A DNA stretch of 64,000 nucleotides from Thermodesulfobacteriota bacterium. Lineage in GTDB: Bacteria; Desulfobacterota_D; UBA1144; Nemesobacterales; Mycalebacteriaceae. The DNA is taken from contig OZ245366.1 of assembly GCA_965226585.1 (NCBI GenBank), forward strand, positions 1,280,001 through 1,344,000. Direction: 5' to 3'. The position numbers were made by a program, and so were the translations under genes. The notes under the pieces are model-generated. The model was not told where the DNA came from. It made no database searches and saw only the letters and a list, made by a program, of their open reading frames with translations. Position 1 is the first letter of the stretch. The number at the start of each line of letters is the position of its first letter. Positions 18,950 through 29,380 of the stretch are shown here, piece by piece.

Positions 18950-20350
18950 TCAAAGTATCACGCGCGGCGTTATGAAGAGAAGCAGTTCTCTCTCCACAGT
19001 CTGCCTTTTTGAACTTCTGAACACGTGCCCGACAATCGGAATTGCAGACAGAATGGGAACACGCGAAACGTTGTTGCTGACTGTCGTGGTAACTATTCCG
19101 CCGAGAACTATGGTTTCTCCGTCTTCGGCAAGAACCCTTGTTCTGGCTTCGTTTCTCCTGATTGACGGCTGAGAGCCGACCGAGAAAGTCGCGTCGGGCG
19201 AGTTGTCTGTGATGTGAATGTCCATAAAGATGTTGCCGTCATTGGTGATTTTGGGCTTCACCTCAAGGCTCAAAGTTGCGTCCGCGAATTCTGTTTTTGT
19301 TCCCTGCTCCGAAACTGTTGAAAACGGGATTGAAATTCCCTGCTCTATGCGCGCCACCCAGTTGTCTACGGTGATGATTTTCGGAGATGAGAGGATTTTC
19401 ACTTTGCCGCTTGCTTCAAGGGCGGAAAGCCGCACGTCAAGGTCGAAAGTGCCGGCAAGGTTTCCGAGAACAACCCCAAGCGTTCCCCCGCTTCCGGCTC
19501 CGGCGGCGGCGGGCATGTCAACTATGAAGCCGTCTCCCACGCTTCCAAACGGGCTGTCTATTCTTGCCCCGCCGATGTTTATGCTTGAAGGAAACGCGGC
19601 TCCGGTGTTCTTGCTCGTGTAATGGGCTCCCCACTGAATGCCCAGTTCCCTTGAGAAATCCGTTCCCGCCTGCACAATGCGCGACTCTATCAGTATCTTC
19701 GGCGTGGGCTTGTCGAGCGAACTGACTATGTTTTTGATTCTCTCTATGTTGAGCGGAGTCTCAAGAACCACGATGCTGTTTGTTCTTTCGTCAACCGCCA
19801 CTTTTCCCCTTTTCGTGAGAAGGCTTTTCACCGCCGCCGCCATTTCCCTCGCGGTCGCGTAGTTCACAAAAAACTGTTTGGAAACAAGTTTCTCGGTTTT
19901 CTCAACAAGCAGAGCGGTGTCTGAGGTCTGCCGCCGCCTTTTGCTTATGTTTTCAAGAGACGAGACTTTGATAACGTCTCCCTCAACAAACGCGCCGAGA
20001 CTGCTTTGCTCAAGCACGATGGCAAGCGCCTGATCCCACGGAATATTGCGCAGTTCCATGTCAACCGTTCCGCTCACGTCTCCGGTCATGATGATGCTGA
20101 ATTTGCCGATTTGCGCGATGTGCCTCACAACCTCCCGCGCTGAGGCTCCCTTGTACACAAACACTCCTTTTTCGCCCCTGTACACGGTTGCGTCTGAGCC
20201 GAGCGATGAAGCCCGGAAGTCAAACGCCCACATCTTTCCGTACGAAGACGGCTCAGCCCCTGTGGCGGAATCCCCCGCGCCTGCGGCGGGAAAAGCGGTT
20301 GCCGCAAACAGCGCGGCAAATCCGCAGAGCAGGTAAGTTTTCAACTTCAT
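18950..20350 (-). CDS. pilQ: PilQ-like secretin, short form
   Basis: Signal peptide, IPWDQAL, VDERTNSIVV, ILSSPKI, RVPILSAIPIVG, RELLLFITPRVI. Confidence 0.88.
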   Translation of the reverse strand: MKLKTYLLCGFAALFAATAFPAAGAGDSATGAEPSSYGKMWAFDFRASSLGSDATVYRGEKGVFVYKGASAREVVRHIAQIGKFSIIMTGDVSGTVDMELRNIPWDQALAIVLEQSSLGAFVEGDVIKVSSLENISKRRRQTSDTALLVEKTEKLVSKQFFVNYATAREMAAAVKSLLTKRGKVAVDERTNSIVVLETPLNIERIKNIVSSLDKPTPKILIESRIVQAGTDFSRELGIQWGAHYTSKNTGAAFPSSINIGGARIDSPFGSVGDGFIVDMPAAAGAGSGGTLGVVLGNLAGTFDLDVRLSALEASGKVKILSSPKIITVDNWVARIEQGISIPFSTVSEQGTKTEFADATLSLEVKPKITNDGNIFMDIHITDNSPDATFSVGSQPSIRRNEARTRVLAEDGETIVLGGIVTTTVSNNVSRVPILSAIPIVGHVFRSSKRQTVERELLLFITPRVIL

Positions 20351-20760
20351 TTTTTAAACGGGAAAAACACCTCTCCGCCCGCGCCCGAGGCTCTGCGGGT
20401 GACAATCCCTTCCTCCTTGATTTTCGCAACTTTCAAACCGAACGCCTCATCTCCTTCCTCAACCCACAGGGCGCGGCGTCCGGAAACCAGCATCGCGAAA
20501 TTCTTATCCATAAAACTCACAAACCCCGCAACCCTTAAAGACGGATTGCGCCACTGCTTCCGTTTGTCCTTCCCCGCCTTGCGGGCAGACGGGGCTTGCG
20601 CGAATGACGAAGATTCCCGCTCCGGCGGCTCATAAATTCCGGGGGCAAACACCGTCTTAAAATACAGCGCGCCTGTAACGGCTATCACGGCGGCGGCAAT
20701 AACCGCCGCGCGCGAGTAGCGTCTGCGTCTGCCGGATTTGGCAAGGTTTATCTCTATCAT
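20347..20760 (-). CDS. Type IV pilus alignment-like protein (PilN-like N-terminus, PilP-like C-terminus)
   Basis: MIEINL + basic stretch + one TM; C-terminal LRVAGF..AML..VEEGD..KVAKIKEEGI; lies between pilM and the secretin. Confidence 0.55.
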   Translation of the reverse strand: MIEINLAKSGRRRRYSRAAVIAAAVIAVTGALYFKTVFAPGIYEPPERESSSFAQAPSARKAGKDKRKQWRNPSLRVAGFVSFMDKNFAMLVSGRRALWVEEGDEAFGLKVAKIKEEGIVTRRASGAGGEVFFPFKK

Positions 20761-20771
20761 TGGACTGAAAA

Positions 20772-21827
20772 CTACCCCGTCATCCTCAGCGCGAGCCCGA
20801 ACGCAACGGCGGATTTCGGAGACAGCCGCTTCATATGGTCTCCGCCGTTCTCATCACACGCCGAACGGAGAGGGTCTGAATAAACTGTTTCCGCGCCAAG
20901 TGTTTCTGAAATGCCGCTCTCAAAACCGTGCAGAAGCGAGCCGCCGCCTGAGAGTAAAACCTTTTCCGCCTTTGCTCCGGAGCCGAGAAAGGTCTCAAGG
21001 TTGGATTTCACTTCACGCCCCAGAGATTCAGCAAACCCGCGCGCCGCGCTGAGAAACTCAGGCCTTGAGCCGCCTGAGAGCGAAACCTTTTCCTTTTCCG
21101 CCTCTTCCGCGGTCATGCCTCCCTCACCGGCGATTTTGGAAGTCAGACTGCCGGAGCCGTGGGGCAAATCTCTCATAAGAACCGTCTTTTTCCCCTCAAG
21201 AACCGCAAAATTGGTCGCGCCCCGCCCAACGTTCAGAAGAACCGCAAGCCCGTCCGGCGGCGTTGATGTTCGCAAGTGCGAATTGACAAGCGCGAAGCAG
21301 TCGCAGTCAACAACGGAGGGAACAAAACCCGCTGATGAAAGAGCGCGGGAACACAGGGAAACGGCATCGCTTTTTGCCACCGCAATAAAAATGTCTTCGG
21401 GGCTGTCCGGGTCTTTCCAGAAGTCGTAACGCAAGCCGTCCATCCCTTCGGGGAAAAACCGGCTCAAATGGAGCAGAACTTCATCTTTCACCACGCGGCG
21501 CGGCGCGTCTGCCGAAACCTTCAGCCTGCTTGTGAAAACCTCTCCGCCCGAAACCGACACCGCCGCCCTCGCTCCCCTGATGCCGAGGTCGTCTCGCAGG
21601 AAAGAGAGGGACTGCCCTATGGAATCAAAATCCGCGCCGGAGCCGTGCACAATCTCGCCCGCGCTTACGGCAAAATCTTCGCCGCCGGAGCCGTTTCTCA
21701 AAACAACCGCTTTTACGGAATGGGAACCGATATCAATTCCAACTGCGGGTCTGAATACGGGAAAGCGGCGCGGAAATAAGCCCTTCAACTTCGCAATGCC
21801 GTCTACGATGAAGTCGGGTTGCTTCAT
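20772..21827 (-). CDS. pilM: Type IV pilus assembly protein PilM
   Basis: VGIDIGSHSVKAV, LNVGRGATN, LSGGGSLL, AVAFGLALR (actin-like fold). Confidence 0.9.
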   Translation of the reverse strand: MKQPDFIVDGIAKLKGLFPRRFPVFRPAVGIDIGSHSVKAVVLRNGSGGEDFAVSAGEIVHGSGADFDSIGQSLSFLRDDLGIRGARAAVSVSGGEVFTSRLKVSADAPRRVVKDEVLLHLSRFFPEGMDGLRYDFWKDPDSPEDIFIAVAKSDAVSLCSRALSSAGFVPSVVDCDCFALVNSHLRTSTPPDGLAVLLNVGRGATNFAVLEGKKTVLMRDLPHGSGSLTSKIAGEGGMTAEEAEKEKVSLSGGSRPEFLSAARGFAESLGREVKSNLETFLGSGAKAEKVLLSGGGSLLHGFESGISETLGAETVYSDPLRSACDENGGDHMKRLSPKSAVAFGLALRMTG

Positions 21828-21836
21828 AAGTGAGGG

Positions 21837-22613
21837 TCAACTGTTTTTCGAAATAAACTTGGAAATGGAAATTATCTTCTTGCCGCCCGCCTTTTTACCG
21901 TCTTCGGGCGCTTCGGCGGCGGGATTGTTGGCTTTTCTCTCTTCGGGATGGTCTTCAATTATCTCCTCAAGAATTTTGCGCATAACTTTAAGCGCGCCGA
22001 TGGAATGCTGTTTCATGTAGGGTCTTGTGTATCCCTTGTCTATGATGTCTTTCTGTCTTTTCTGCGTGAAGTAGTGGAGGATGAACACCTGGTTGTTCAG
22101 CACAACAAACAGGGCGAGATAGAGAAGAATGTTGTCTCTGAGCACCTTTTTCATTATCAGGGTTTTTGAGGAGTTTATCGTGATAACTCCGTAGGGATTT
22201 CCGTCCGCGCCCATAAGGAAGGGAACGGTAACGGAATACGTGCCGCCGCCGTCCACAACGCCGTAGCCCTTTTTGGGGGAATACAGACTGCCGCGAAATC
22301 CGGTTTCGCCGGTTTCACGCATGAACGCGACCCCGAAGGATGAAGGCGTAACGGTGAAGGTGTTGAGAACGCCCGCCTGCCCGTGCTTGCTTCTGAGGAA
22401 AGAGTAGAACTCTTTGCTTGTCGGTGCTTGTGTGTAGACCGCGAATTCTGCGGCATCATCACCTATGACTCTGGAAGCCGCGATGGTTTCGCGCACAACA
22501 TTTGCTTTTGCTTTGCTGAACTGGCTGTAGAAAACCGCGCCGATAAGAAAAAGTATCGCCGCTTCAACGAATAGTATCTTGTAGAAAAGTCCGAAATTTC
22601 CAATCAGGCGCAT
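21837..22613 (-). CDS. Hypothetical membrane protein (two TM segments around an extracytoplasmic region)
   Basis: 258-aa ORF with two hydrophobic segments; overlaps the upstream regulator gene. Confidence 0.7.
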   Translation of the reverse strand: MRLIGNFGLFYKILFVEAAILFLIGAVFYSQFSKAKANVVRETIAASRVIGDDAAEFAVYTQAPTSKEFYSFLRSKHGQAGVLNTFTVTPSSFGVAFMRETGETGFRGSLYSPKKGYGVVDGGGTYSVTVPFLMGADGNPYGVITINSSKTLIMKKVLRDNILLYLALFVVLNNQVFILHYFTQKRQKDIIDKGYTRPYMKQHSIGALKVMRKILEEIIEDHPEERKANNPAAEAPEDGKKAGGKKIISISKFISKNS

Positions 22614-23017
22614 TTGAGAAATTCTTCAAGAATCTTTTTGGCCTCAGAGTTCTCATAGTGTTTGAACAGCATGAACACCATTCCGTTGAAGTCTTTTTTA
22701 ACCTCATCGTCCAGAACCCTGTAAAGCTTTACGAGATACCTCTCCTCGTTGGTTAGAATTTCAAGATCTTTCTCACCTACAAGTTCCTTCTCAAGGAACT
22801 TTTTCAGTTTCTCGCGCCGTGAGAAGTTCCATATCTCCTCCACGCCCACACGCAGGAACTGGGCAATCTGGTGGCATCTTTCACGGGAGGGGGAGTCTGC
22901 CTTGCCGGTTTCAATCTGGTGGATGTACACCTTCGAAACGCCAAGGTAGTGCGCAAGCGCGCCTTGAGTTACGCCCCTGTGTTTCCGCTTTGCCTTTAAG
23001 TAGTCGCCAAATGTCAT
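22604..23017 (-). CDS. XRE-family HTH transcriptional regulator
   Basis: FGDYLKAKRKHRGVTQGALAHYLGVSKVYIHQIETG. Confidence 0.88.
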   Translation of the reverse strand: MTFGDYLKAKRKHRGVTQGALAHYLGVSKVYIHQIETGKADSPSRERCHQIAQFLRVGVEEIWNFSRREKLKKFLEKELVGEKDLEILTNEERYLVKLYRVLDDEVKKDFNGMVFMLFKHYENSEAKKILEEFLKCA

Positions 23018-23126
23018 AATAAAACCCCAACCGCCTGTTAAGTAAGATGGTTAAGTTCTTCAAATTTAGCCGGTTTTACGGGAATTTGTCAATAGAGAGG
23101 GAAAGTTTGCTGTTTGGCGGAAAAGT

Positions 23127-23199
<73 letters not shown>

Positions 23200-23250
23200 A
23201 CAGAAAAATCAAAACCAATTTACAGCACTGCCTCTTTTTTCCGGGCGCGC

Positions 23251-23607
<357 letters not shown>

Positions 23608-23671
23608 TTATATTAATGAAAGCCCGCATAAAAACCAAATCACTGCCGGCACGGGCGGACAGGGGAAAATT

Positions 23672-24637
23672 TCAGTCTATCTTTGCGTTTTCCGCATCCC
23701 GCAGAAGGTCTTTCGGCACACTGAAATGGACACTTTCCTTCACTCCGCCCGTTTCTGTAACAACCGCTCCGCCCGTCCACTCTCTCAAACGTGAAGCGAT
23801 GTCTTTCACTATGGCTTCGGGCGCGGAAGCCCCCGCCGTGAGCCCTATTTTGCTCGCCCCTTCAAGCCACCCGCGGTCTATGTCGTCTGCGCTGTCTACA
23901 AGGTAGGCGCGCGCTCCAAGCAGGCGGGCAACCTCTTTCAAGCGGTTTGAGTTGGAACTTGCCACAGAGCCGACAACAAAAACCACATCGCAGTCCGCCG
24001 CCATCGCCTTAACGGCGTCCTGCCGGTTTTGCGTGGCGTAGCAAATGTCGTCTTTTTTCGGCAGGCGGATTTGCGGAAACTTTTCGCGAAGCAGTCTTAC
24101 AAGTTCCCGCGTGTCGTCAACCGAAAGCGTGGTCTGTGTTACATAAGCCAGCTTTGAAGGGTCTTTCACTTTCAGGGCGGATATGTCGCCTGAGTTTTCC
24201 ACAAGGTATATCCCGCCGTCCGACTGCCCGAGCGTTCCCTCAACTTCGGGATGACCCTTGTGCCCTATCATCACAATTTCGTATCCGCCCGCGCGAAGGC
24301 GCGAAACTTCGGCGTGAATCCGCGAAACAAGCGGGCAGGTGGCGTCATATATCTTGAGTCCGCCGTCTTCGGCGGCTTTGCGGACACTGCGGGAAACTCC
24401 GTGCGCGGAATAAACAAGCGGCATTCCCGCCGGAACATCCGAGGGGTCTTCTATAAAAATCACCCCGCGCTTTTTGAAATCGTCCACAACCGTTCTGTTG
24501 TGAACAATCTCGTGTTTTACATAAACCGGCGCGCCGTGCTTTTCCAGAACCTTCTCAACAATGGTTATCGCCCTTTCAACCCCGGCGCAGAAACCGCGCG
24601 GGCTTATGAGAAAAACAGAACTGCCGGAGCCGCTCAA
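23672..24637 (-). CDS. ispH: 4-hydroxy-3-methylbut-2-enyl diphosphate reductase
   Basis: PRGFCAGV, DATCPLV, DICYATQNRQ, SSNS, TAGASAPE. Confidence 0.97.
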   Translation of the reverse strand: MSGSGSSVFLISPRGFCAGVERAITIVEKVLEKHGAPVYVKHEIVHNRTVVDDFKKRGVIFIEDPSDVPAGMPLVYSAHGVSRSVRKAAEDGGLKIYDATCPLVSRIHAEVSRLRAGGYEIVMIGHKGHPEVEGTLGQSDGGIYLVENSGDISALKVKDPSKLAYVTQTTLSVDDTRELVRLLREKFPQIRLPKKDDICYATQNRQDAVKAMAADCDVVFVVGSVASSNSNRLKEVARLLGARAYLVDSADDIDRGWLEGASKIGLTAGASAPEAIVKDIASRLREWTGGAVVTETGGVKESVHFSVPKDLLRDAENAKID

Positions 24638-25968
24638 TCAACCAATTCCCCGCGCAGAGAGTTGGCGAGCCCCTCCATCACGCGCACACGGGCGAGAGTT
24701 CCGGTGAGCGCGGGGTCGCCGGTGAAGTTCACTATTCTGTTGTGGGTTGTGCGCCCGGTCATCAAACCGCTTCCGCGTTTGCTTGAGCCGGAAACAAGCA
24801 CCTCTTCACACGCGCCCTCACGCGAGCGGTTGCTCTCAAGGGTTATCTCCCTCTGCCTTGTTTGATAGACGGCAAGCCGCCTCTCCGATTCCTGAGGGCT
24901 TATCTGCCCGGGGGCGTCTGATGCGGGAGTTCCGGGGCGTTTTGAATATTTGAAGGAGTAGGCGGCGTCAAAACGCACTTTATCAAGAAACTCCATCGTT
25001 TCAGAAAAGTTGCGCTCCGTCTCTCCGGGAAAGCCGAGTATCATGTCGGTTGAAACGGTTATGCCGGGAATTGAGTCTCTAAGGCGGTCAACCACTCCGG
25101 CGTACCAGCCGGTTGTGTAGGTGCGGTTCATCAGTTTCAGCACATCGTCTGAGCCGGACTGTATCGGAAGGTGTATGTGGTCGCACACTTGCGGAACCTC
25201 TTTCATCGCGTCTATCATCTTTTTCGTAACATCACGCACAAACGGGCTTGTGAAACGTATCCTCTCAACCCCTTCAATATCGCCCGCTATGCGGAGAAGG
25301 TCGCCGAACTTTTTGCCGTCATGCTTCCACGAATTGACCGTCTGCCCGACAAAAACAATCTCTCTCGCCCCTTTTGACACGAGAAGCTCAATCTCGCGCT
25401 CTATGCCGTCAAGCGGGCGGTTTATCTCCGTTCCCCTCACGGACGGCACTATGCAGTAGGCGCATTTCTTGTTGCATCCCTGCTGAACAGACACAAACGC
25501 GCTTACGCGGGATTTGTCGTGAGCGGGCGAGATTTCAAAAGTTTCAAGAACATCAAAAGAAGTTTCGGTTTTTCCGGCGCGGTCTATCTCTCTCGACCGC
25601 TCTATGTCTGCGATGATTGCCGGAAGTTTCGGTATCCCTCTGGGCCCGATTACAAAATCCAGATGCGGATTCTTTTTTATAAGTTTTTCGCCGTAAAGCT
25701 GAGCCACACATCCCGCCATTCCGATAACCACGTCGGGCTTTGAGTCTTTGAGGCGTTTGAATTTGCCCAGACTGCTGAACGCCTTGTGGTCTGCCTTCTC
25801 CCTTATGGCGCAGGTGTTCACAACTATGTAGTCGGCGGATGAAGGGTCTGCCGTCTTTTCCGCCCCCAGCGCGGCGCGGATTCTGTCTGAGTCGTACTCG
25901 TTCATCTGACACCCGTAGGTCTCAATGTAGAGAAGCGGAGACTGTTGCGTGTTTGCTGTTTCTTTCAT
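24634..25968 (-). CDS. miaB: tRNA-i6A37 methylthiotransferase
   Basis: TYGCQMNEYDS, CNKKCAYC radical-SAM motif, C-terminal TRAM domain. Confidence 0.95.
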   Translation of the reverse strand: MKETANTQQSPLLYIETYGCQMNEYDSDRIRAALGAEKTADPSSADYIVVNTCAIREKADHKAFSSLGKFKRLKDSKPDVVIGMAGCVAQLYGEKLIKKNPHLDFVIGPRGIPKLPAIIADIERSREIDRAGKTETSFDVLETFEISPAHDKSRVSAFVSVQQGCNKKCAYCIVPSVRGTEINRPLDGIEREIELLVSKGAREIVFVGQTVNSWKHDGKKFGDLLRIAGDIEGVERIRFTSPFVRDVTKKMIDAMKEVPQVCDHIHLPIQSGSDDVLKLMNRTYTTGWYAGVVDRLRDSIPGITVSTDMILGFPGETERNFSETMEFLDKVRFDAAYSFKYSKRPGTPASDAPGQISPQESERRLAVYQTRQREITLESNRSREGACEEVLVSGSSKRGSGLMTGRTTHNRIVNFTGDPALTGTLARVRVMEGLANSLRGELVD

Positions 25969-26039
25969 ATTGTAAAAACCGGCGATATTATTTACATAAT
26001 ATAGACCCGTTTATAAAGTGGCGCGGACACAAAGCCGGA

Positions 26040-26249
26040 ATGAAAATGAAAAACAACGGACACTGGAAAATCTTTCTGCCCCTCACTGTCGTGATAGCGG
26101 GCTTTGCGTTTGTGCCCGCGATTGTGGGCGAAGGCGTTACAGAGCCGAACCTTTTCGGAATACCGCGAACGCTTTGGGTAAGCATGGGAATCTCGCTCTG
26201 CATATATGTTGTTCTGATAGCGGCGATGATTATGTCAAAAGAGAGTTGA
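26040..26249 (+). CDS. Small two-TM membrane protein, probable symporter partner
   Basis: MKMKNNGHWK..LFGIPRTLW; ends 3 bp before the symporter gene. Confidence 0.7.
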   Translation: MKMKNNGHWKIFLPLTVVIAGFAFVPAIVGEGVTEPNLFGIPRTLWVSMGISLCIYVVLIAAMIMSKES

Positions 26250-26252
26250 AGG

Positions 26253-27692
26253 GTGGGCAAGGGAACTACATTTATAACGGTCGCCCTCGTGTACCTCGCA
26301 GTTCTTATTTCCCTTGCGGTTATAGGCAACAGAAAAAACAAGGGCGATGAGCACGAGTTCTTTCTCGCGGGCGGAAGCCTTGGAACCACAATCGGGTTTC
26401 TAACTTTTTTCGCCACCCTTTACAGCACATTCATTCTGATAGGAATGCCGAACTTCTTCCGCGTTCACGGCGTTGGAACGTGGATATTCCTCGGCGTTAC
26501 GGACATGGCGCTCGCCGTCTTCACCCTTTGGCTGTGCTTCAAACTGAAAGACCGCGTGGCTTCAAAGGATTTCCGCAGTATGTCTGATTTGATAAGAGAT
26601 TCATTCGGCGGATACGGCGTGGCGGTTTATGTAACCGGGCTTGTGATTTTTCTGATTCCATATATCGCGATACAGATAAAAGGCGCGTCCGGGCTGTTGT
26701 TCACAATTGTTCCGGAGTTCAGTCCTGAATACGCCATTCCGCAGTGGGGCTGGGCGCTGATAATTCTCGCGCTGATGTTTTGCTACTCGTCAATCGGGGG
26801 CTTGCGCGGAATCATGTATTGCGACGCGCTTCAGGGAATTATGCTGTTCACCGTGATATGGATAATGGCGGCTATCGCGCTGTCAAAATTCGGCGGTGTG
26901 GGCGAGCTGTTTCAAGCGGTGGCGGAAACCGATGAGCGATTACTTTCAGTTCCGGGGCCAAAGGGATTGCTGTCTGTTCAGTGGCTTCTCGCGGGATTTA
27001 TCTCCATCGTTCTTCTGCCGGTGTCTCAACCCCAGCTCACTTCGCGCCTGTCCATTCTCAAAGGGATAAACGAGCGGCGCAAGGTGCCGGTTCTGCACGC
27101 CTCTTTCACTTTTCTGCTTCTGATAGCGGGGCTGATAATCGGTCTCTACGGCGCGGTGTCAATCACGGCGAAAACGGGACCCGAATTCATAGGGAACTTC
27201 ATACTTGAACAAAACGCGACAATCGGCGCCATCGCCCTTATCGGAATTCTTGCCGCGGCGATGTCAACATCTGATTCTCAATTCTTCGCGCTCGGTTCGG
27301 AAATCAACAACGCGCTCGGCAGAATCAGCAGGAAACTGAAAATCTCGTCTGTGGTTTTCGTAAAATTGGTAATTCTGATATTCTGCGCGGCGGCGTTTAT
27401 TGTGGCGATGAAAAGCTCTCAGGGCATCATCTCTCTTGCCATATCGGGCTTTATGGGAACCGCCCTTATGGCTCCCATGGTGCTAACTTCAACCCTCACC
27501 CGCAACAGAAGGTTCGGGGCTTTCATTCCGGCTCTCACGGGCGTAACGCTTGTTGTGTTCCTGCTGTCCCTTTTCGGTGTTGCTCCAAACACCGCCGCGG
27601 GAATCCGCCTTGACCTCCTGCTTCTTGCCATAAACTCGGTTGCGGCGGCGGTCGCGGTTTTCCCGTCCGGGCGCGCGGCGCGGGAAGCCTGA
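26253..27692 (+). CDS. Sodium:solute symporter (SSS) family transporter
   Basis: EFFLAGGSLG, GGLRGIMYCDALQG, AAAMSTSDS, many TM segments. Confidence 0.92.
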   Translation: MGKGTTFITVALVYLAVLISLAVIGNRKNKGDEHEFFLAGGSLGTTIGFLTFFATLYSTFILIGMPNFFRVHGVGTWIFLGVTDMALAVFTLWLCFKLKDRVASKDFRSMSDLIRDSFGGYGVAVYVTGLVIFLIPYIAIQIKGASGLLFTIVPEFSPEYAIPQWGWALIILALMFCYSSIGGLRGIMYCDALQGIMLFTVIWIMAAIALSKFGGVGELFQAVAETDERLLSVPGPKGLLSVQWLLAGFISIVLLPVSQPQLTSRLSILKGINERRKVPVLHASFTFLLLIAGLIIGLYGAVSITAKTGPEFIGNFILEQNATIGAIALIGILAAAMSTSDSQFFALGSEINNALGRISRKLKISSVVFVKLVILIFCAAAFIVAMKSSQGIISLAISGFMGTALMAPMVLTSTLTRNRRFGAFIPALTGVTLVVFLLSLFGVAPNTAAGIRLDLLLLAINSVAAAVAVFPSGRAAREA

Positions 27693-27699
27693 CATCTCC

Positions 27700-29370
27700 G
27701 TGCCGCAAAACACCAACCCCAAATTTCAGCCTTCATCCCTGCCGTCATCATGCGGCGTTTATATGATGAAAAACTCTGAAGGGCGCGTGGTTTATATCGG
27801 CAAGGGCGCGGATTTGAGAAGCAGAGTCCGTTCCTATTTCAATCCCGGAAACGACTCAAGACCTCAGATTGAGTATCTGATGAGAGAGACGGAAAATGTT
27901 GACTACATCGTCTCACAAAACGAACACGAGGCGCTTATCCTTGAAAACTCGCTCATAAAAAAACACAAGCCGAAGTTCAACATACAGTTGAAAGACGACA
28001 AAACCTACGCCTCTTTGCGGCTTTCAATGAACGAAGATTTTCCCCGTCTTTCCATGACACGCGGGGCGCGGGCAGACGGCGGTTTTTATTTCGGGCCCTT
28101 TTCTCGCGGCGGGGATTTGAAAAAAACCGCGAAACTGGTTCACCGTCTTTTCCCCGTTAGAGACTGCACAAACTCGAAGTTCAAGCGGCACAGCCACCGC
28201 CCCTGCCTCAACTACGATATGCGGCTTTGCGCGGGACCGTGCGCGGGGAAGATAGACAGAGGAAGTTACCGCGACATCTGCCGGAGCGCGGCGGCTTTTC
28301 TTGGAGGCGACAGGGGAGGCGTCTCCTCGCTTCTCAGAAAAAAAATGAAAAAGGCGTCCGGTGAGATGAGGTATGAAGACGCTTCATATTACAGAGACCA
28401 GATTGAAGCCCTGAGGGCGGACGGCGGTTCTGAAAAAATCGCGTCATCAAGTTTTGCGGACAGAGACGTTATAGAAGTGGCGGCGGACGGGAAGGGGTTT
28501 GAGTTTGTGGTTCTTTTTCACAGAGGCGGCGGAGTGGCGGACAAGGCGGAGTTTTCCGCGAAAAACACGGGAGTTGAAACCGCCCGCGCTCTTGCCGAGT
28601 TCATGGGAAGGTTTTATGACGGGGGCAGACAGCCGCCGCCTGAAATAATTGTTCCACGCGCCCCGGAACACAAACACGCTTACGAGCAATGGCTGACGGA
28701 AAAGCGCGGCGGAAGCGTAAAGATAATAGTTCCGGCGCGGGGAATGAAGGCGAAACTTTTGCGCCTCGCGGCGGACAACGCGCGTGAATCGCTCAGAAAG
28801 AAACGCGCTTCAGAGCGGAAAGACAGAGACATTCCGCACCGCCTGAAAGTTGCTTTAAGACTGTCAAAAACCCCTCACACGGTTGAGTGTTTCGACATAT
28901 CAAACACTCAAGGGAAGCAGACAACCGGCTCTGCGGTAAGGTTTGCGGACGGCGAGCCGGACAAGCGGCGGTATAAACGCTACAAAATCAAAACCGTTTC
29001 CGGTCAGGATGATTTCGCGGCGATAAGGGAGATGCTTGTCCGCCGTTTGAAAAGAGCAAACGAACCCGGATGGGAACTTCCCGATTTGATACTCATAGAC
29101 GGCGGAAAGGGACAGCTTTCTGCGGCGGTTGAAGCGATAAAAGAGACCGGTTTTGAGGGAAAAATAGACATCGCCGCCATTGCCAAAGGGCGCACAAGAA
29201 AACAGGGCGATTCAATTCACGCGCCGGGAAGAAAAACCCCGTGGACGCCGCTGAGAGACAAAGACGGGTTGTTTCTTCTAATGCGTGTCAGAGACGAAGC
29301 CCACCGCTTCGCGCTGAGTTATCACAGAAAATTGAGAGAAAAAGAGTTTTTTAAAAGGAAAAAAGCATAA
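27700..29370 (+). CDS. uvrC: Excinuclease ABC subunit C (lacks the C-terminal HhH domain)
   Basis: GVYMM..VYIGKG GIY-YIG, ECFDISN, IDGGKGQL, RDEAHRFA; start taken at GTG 27700. Confidence 0.93.
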   Translation: MPQNTNPKFQPSSLPSSCGVYMMKNSEGRVVYIGKGADLRSRVRSYFNPGNDSRPQIEYLMRETENVDYIVSQNEHEALILENSLIKKHKPKFNIQLKDDKTYASLRLSMNEDFPRLSMTRGARADGGFYFGPFSRGGDLKKTAKLVHRLFPVRDCTNSKFKRHSHRPCLNYDMRLCAGPCAGKIDRGSYRDICRSAAAFLGGDRGGVSSLLRKKMKKASGEMRYEDASYYRDQIEALRADGGSEKIASSSFADRDVIEVAADGKGFEFVVLFHRGGGVADKAEFSAKNTGVETARALAEFMGRFYDGGRQPPPEIIVPRAPEHKHAYEQWLTEKRGGSVKIIVPARGMKAKLLRLAADNARESLRKKRASERKDRDIPHRLKVALRLSKTPHTVECFDISNTQGKQTTGSAVRFADGEPDKRRYKRYKIKTVSGQDDFAAIREMLVRRLKRANEPGWELPDLILIDGGKGQLSAAVEAIKETGFEGKIDIAAIAKGRTRKQGDSIHAPGRKTPWTPLRDKDGLFLLMRVRDEAHRFALSYHRKLREKEFFKRKKA

Positions 29371-29380
29371 AGCAAGGGGA

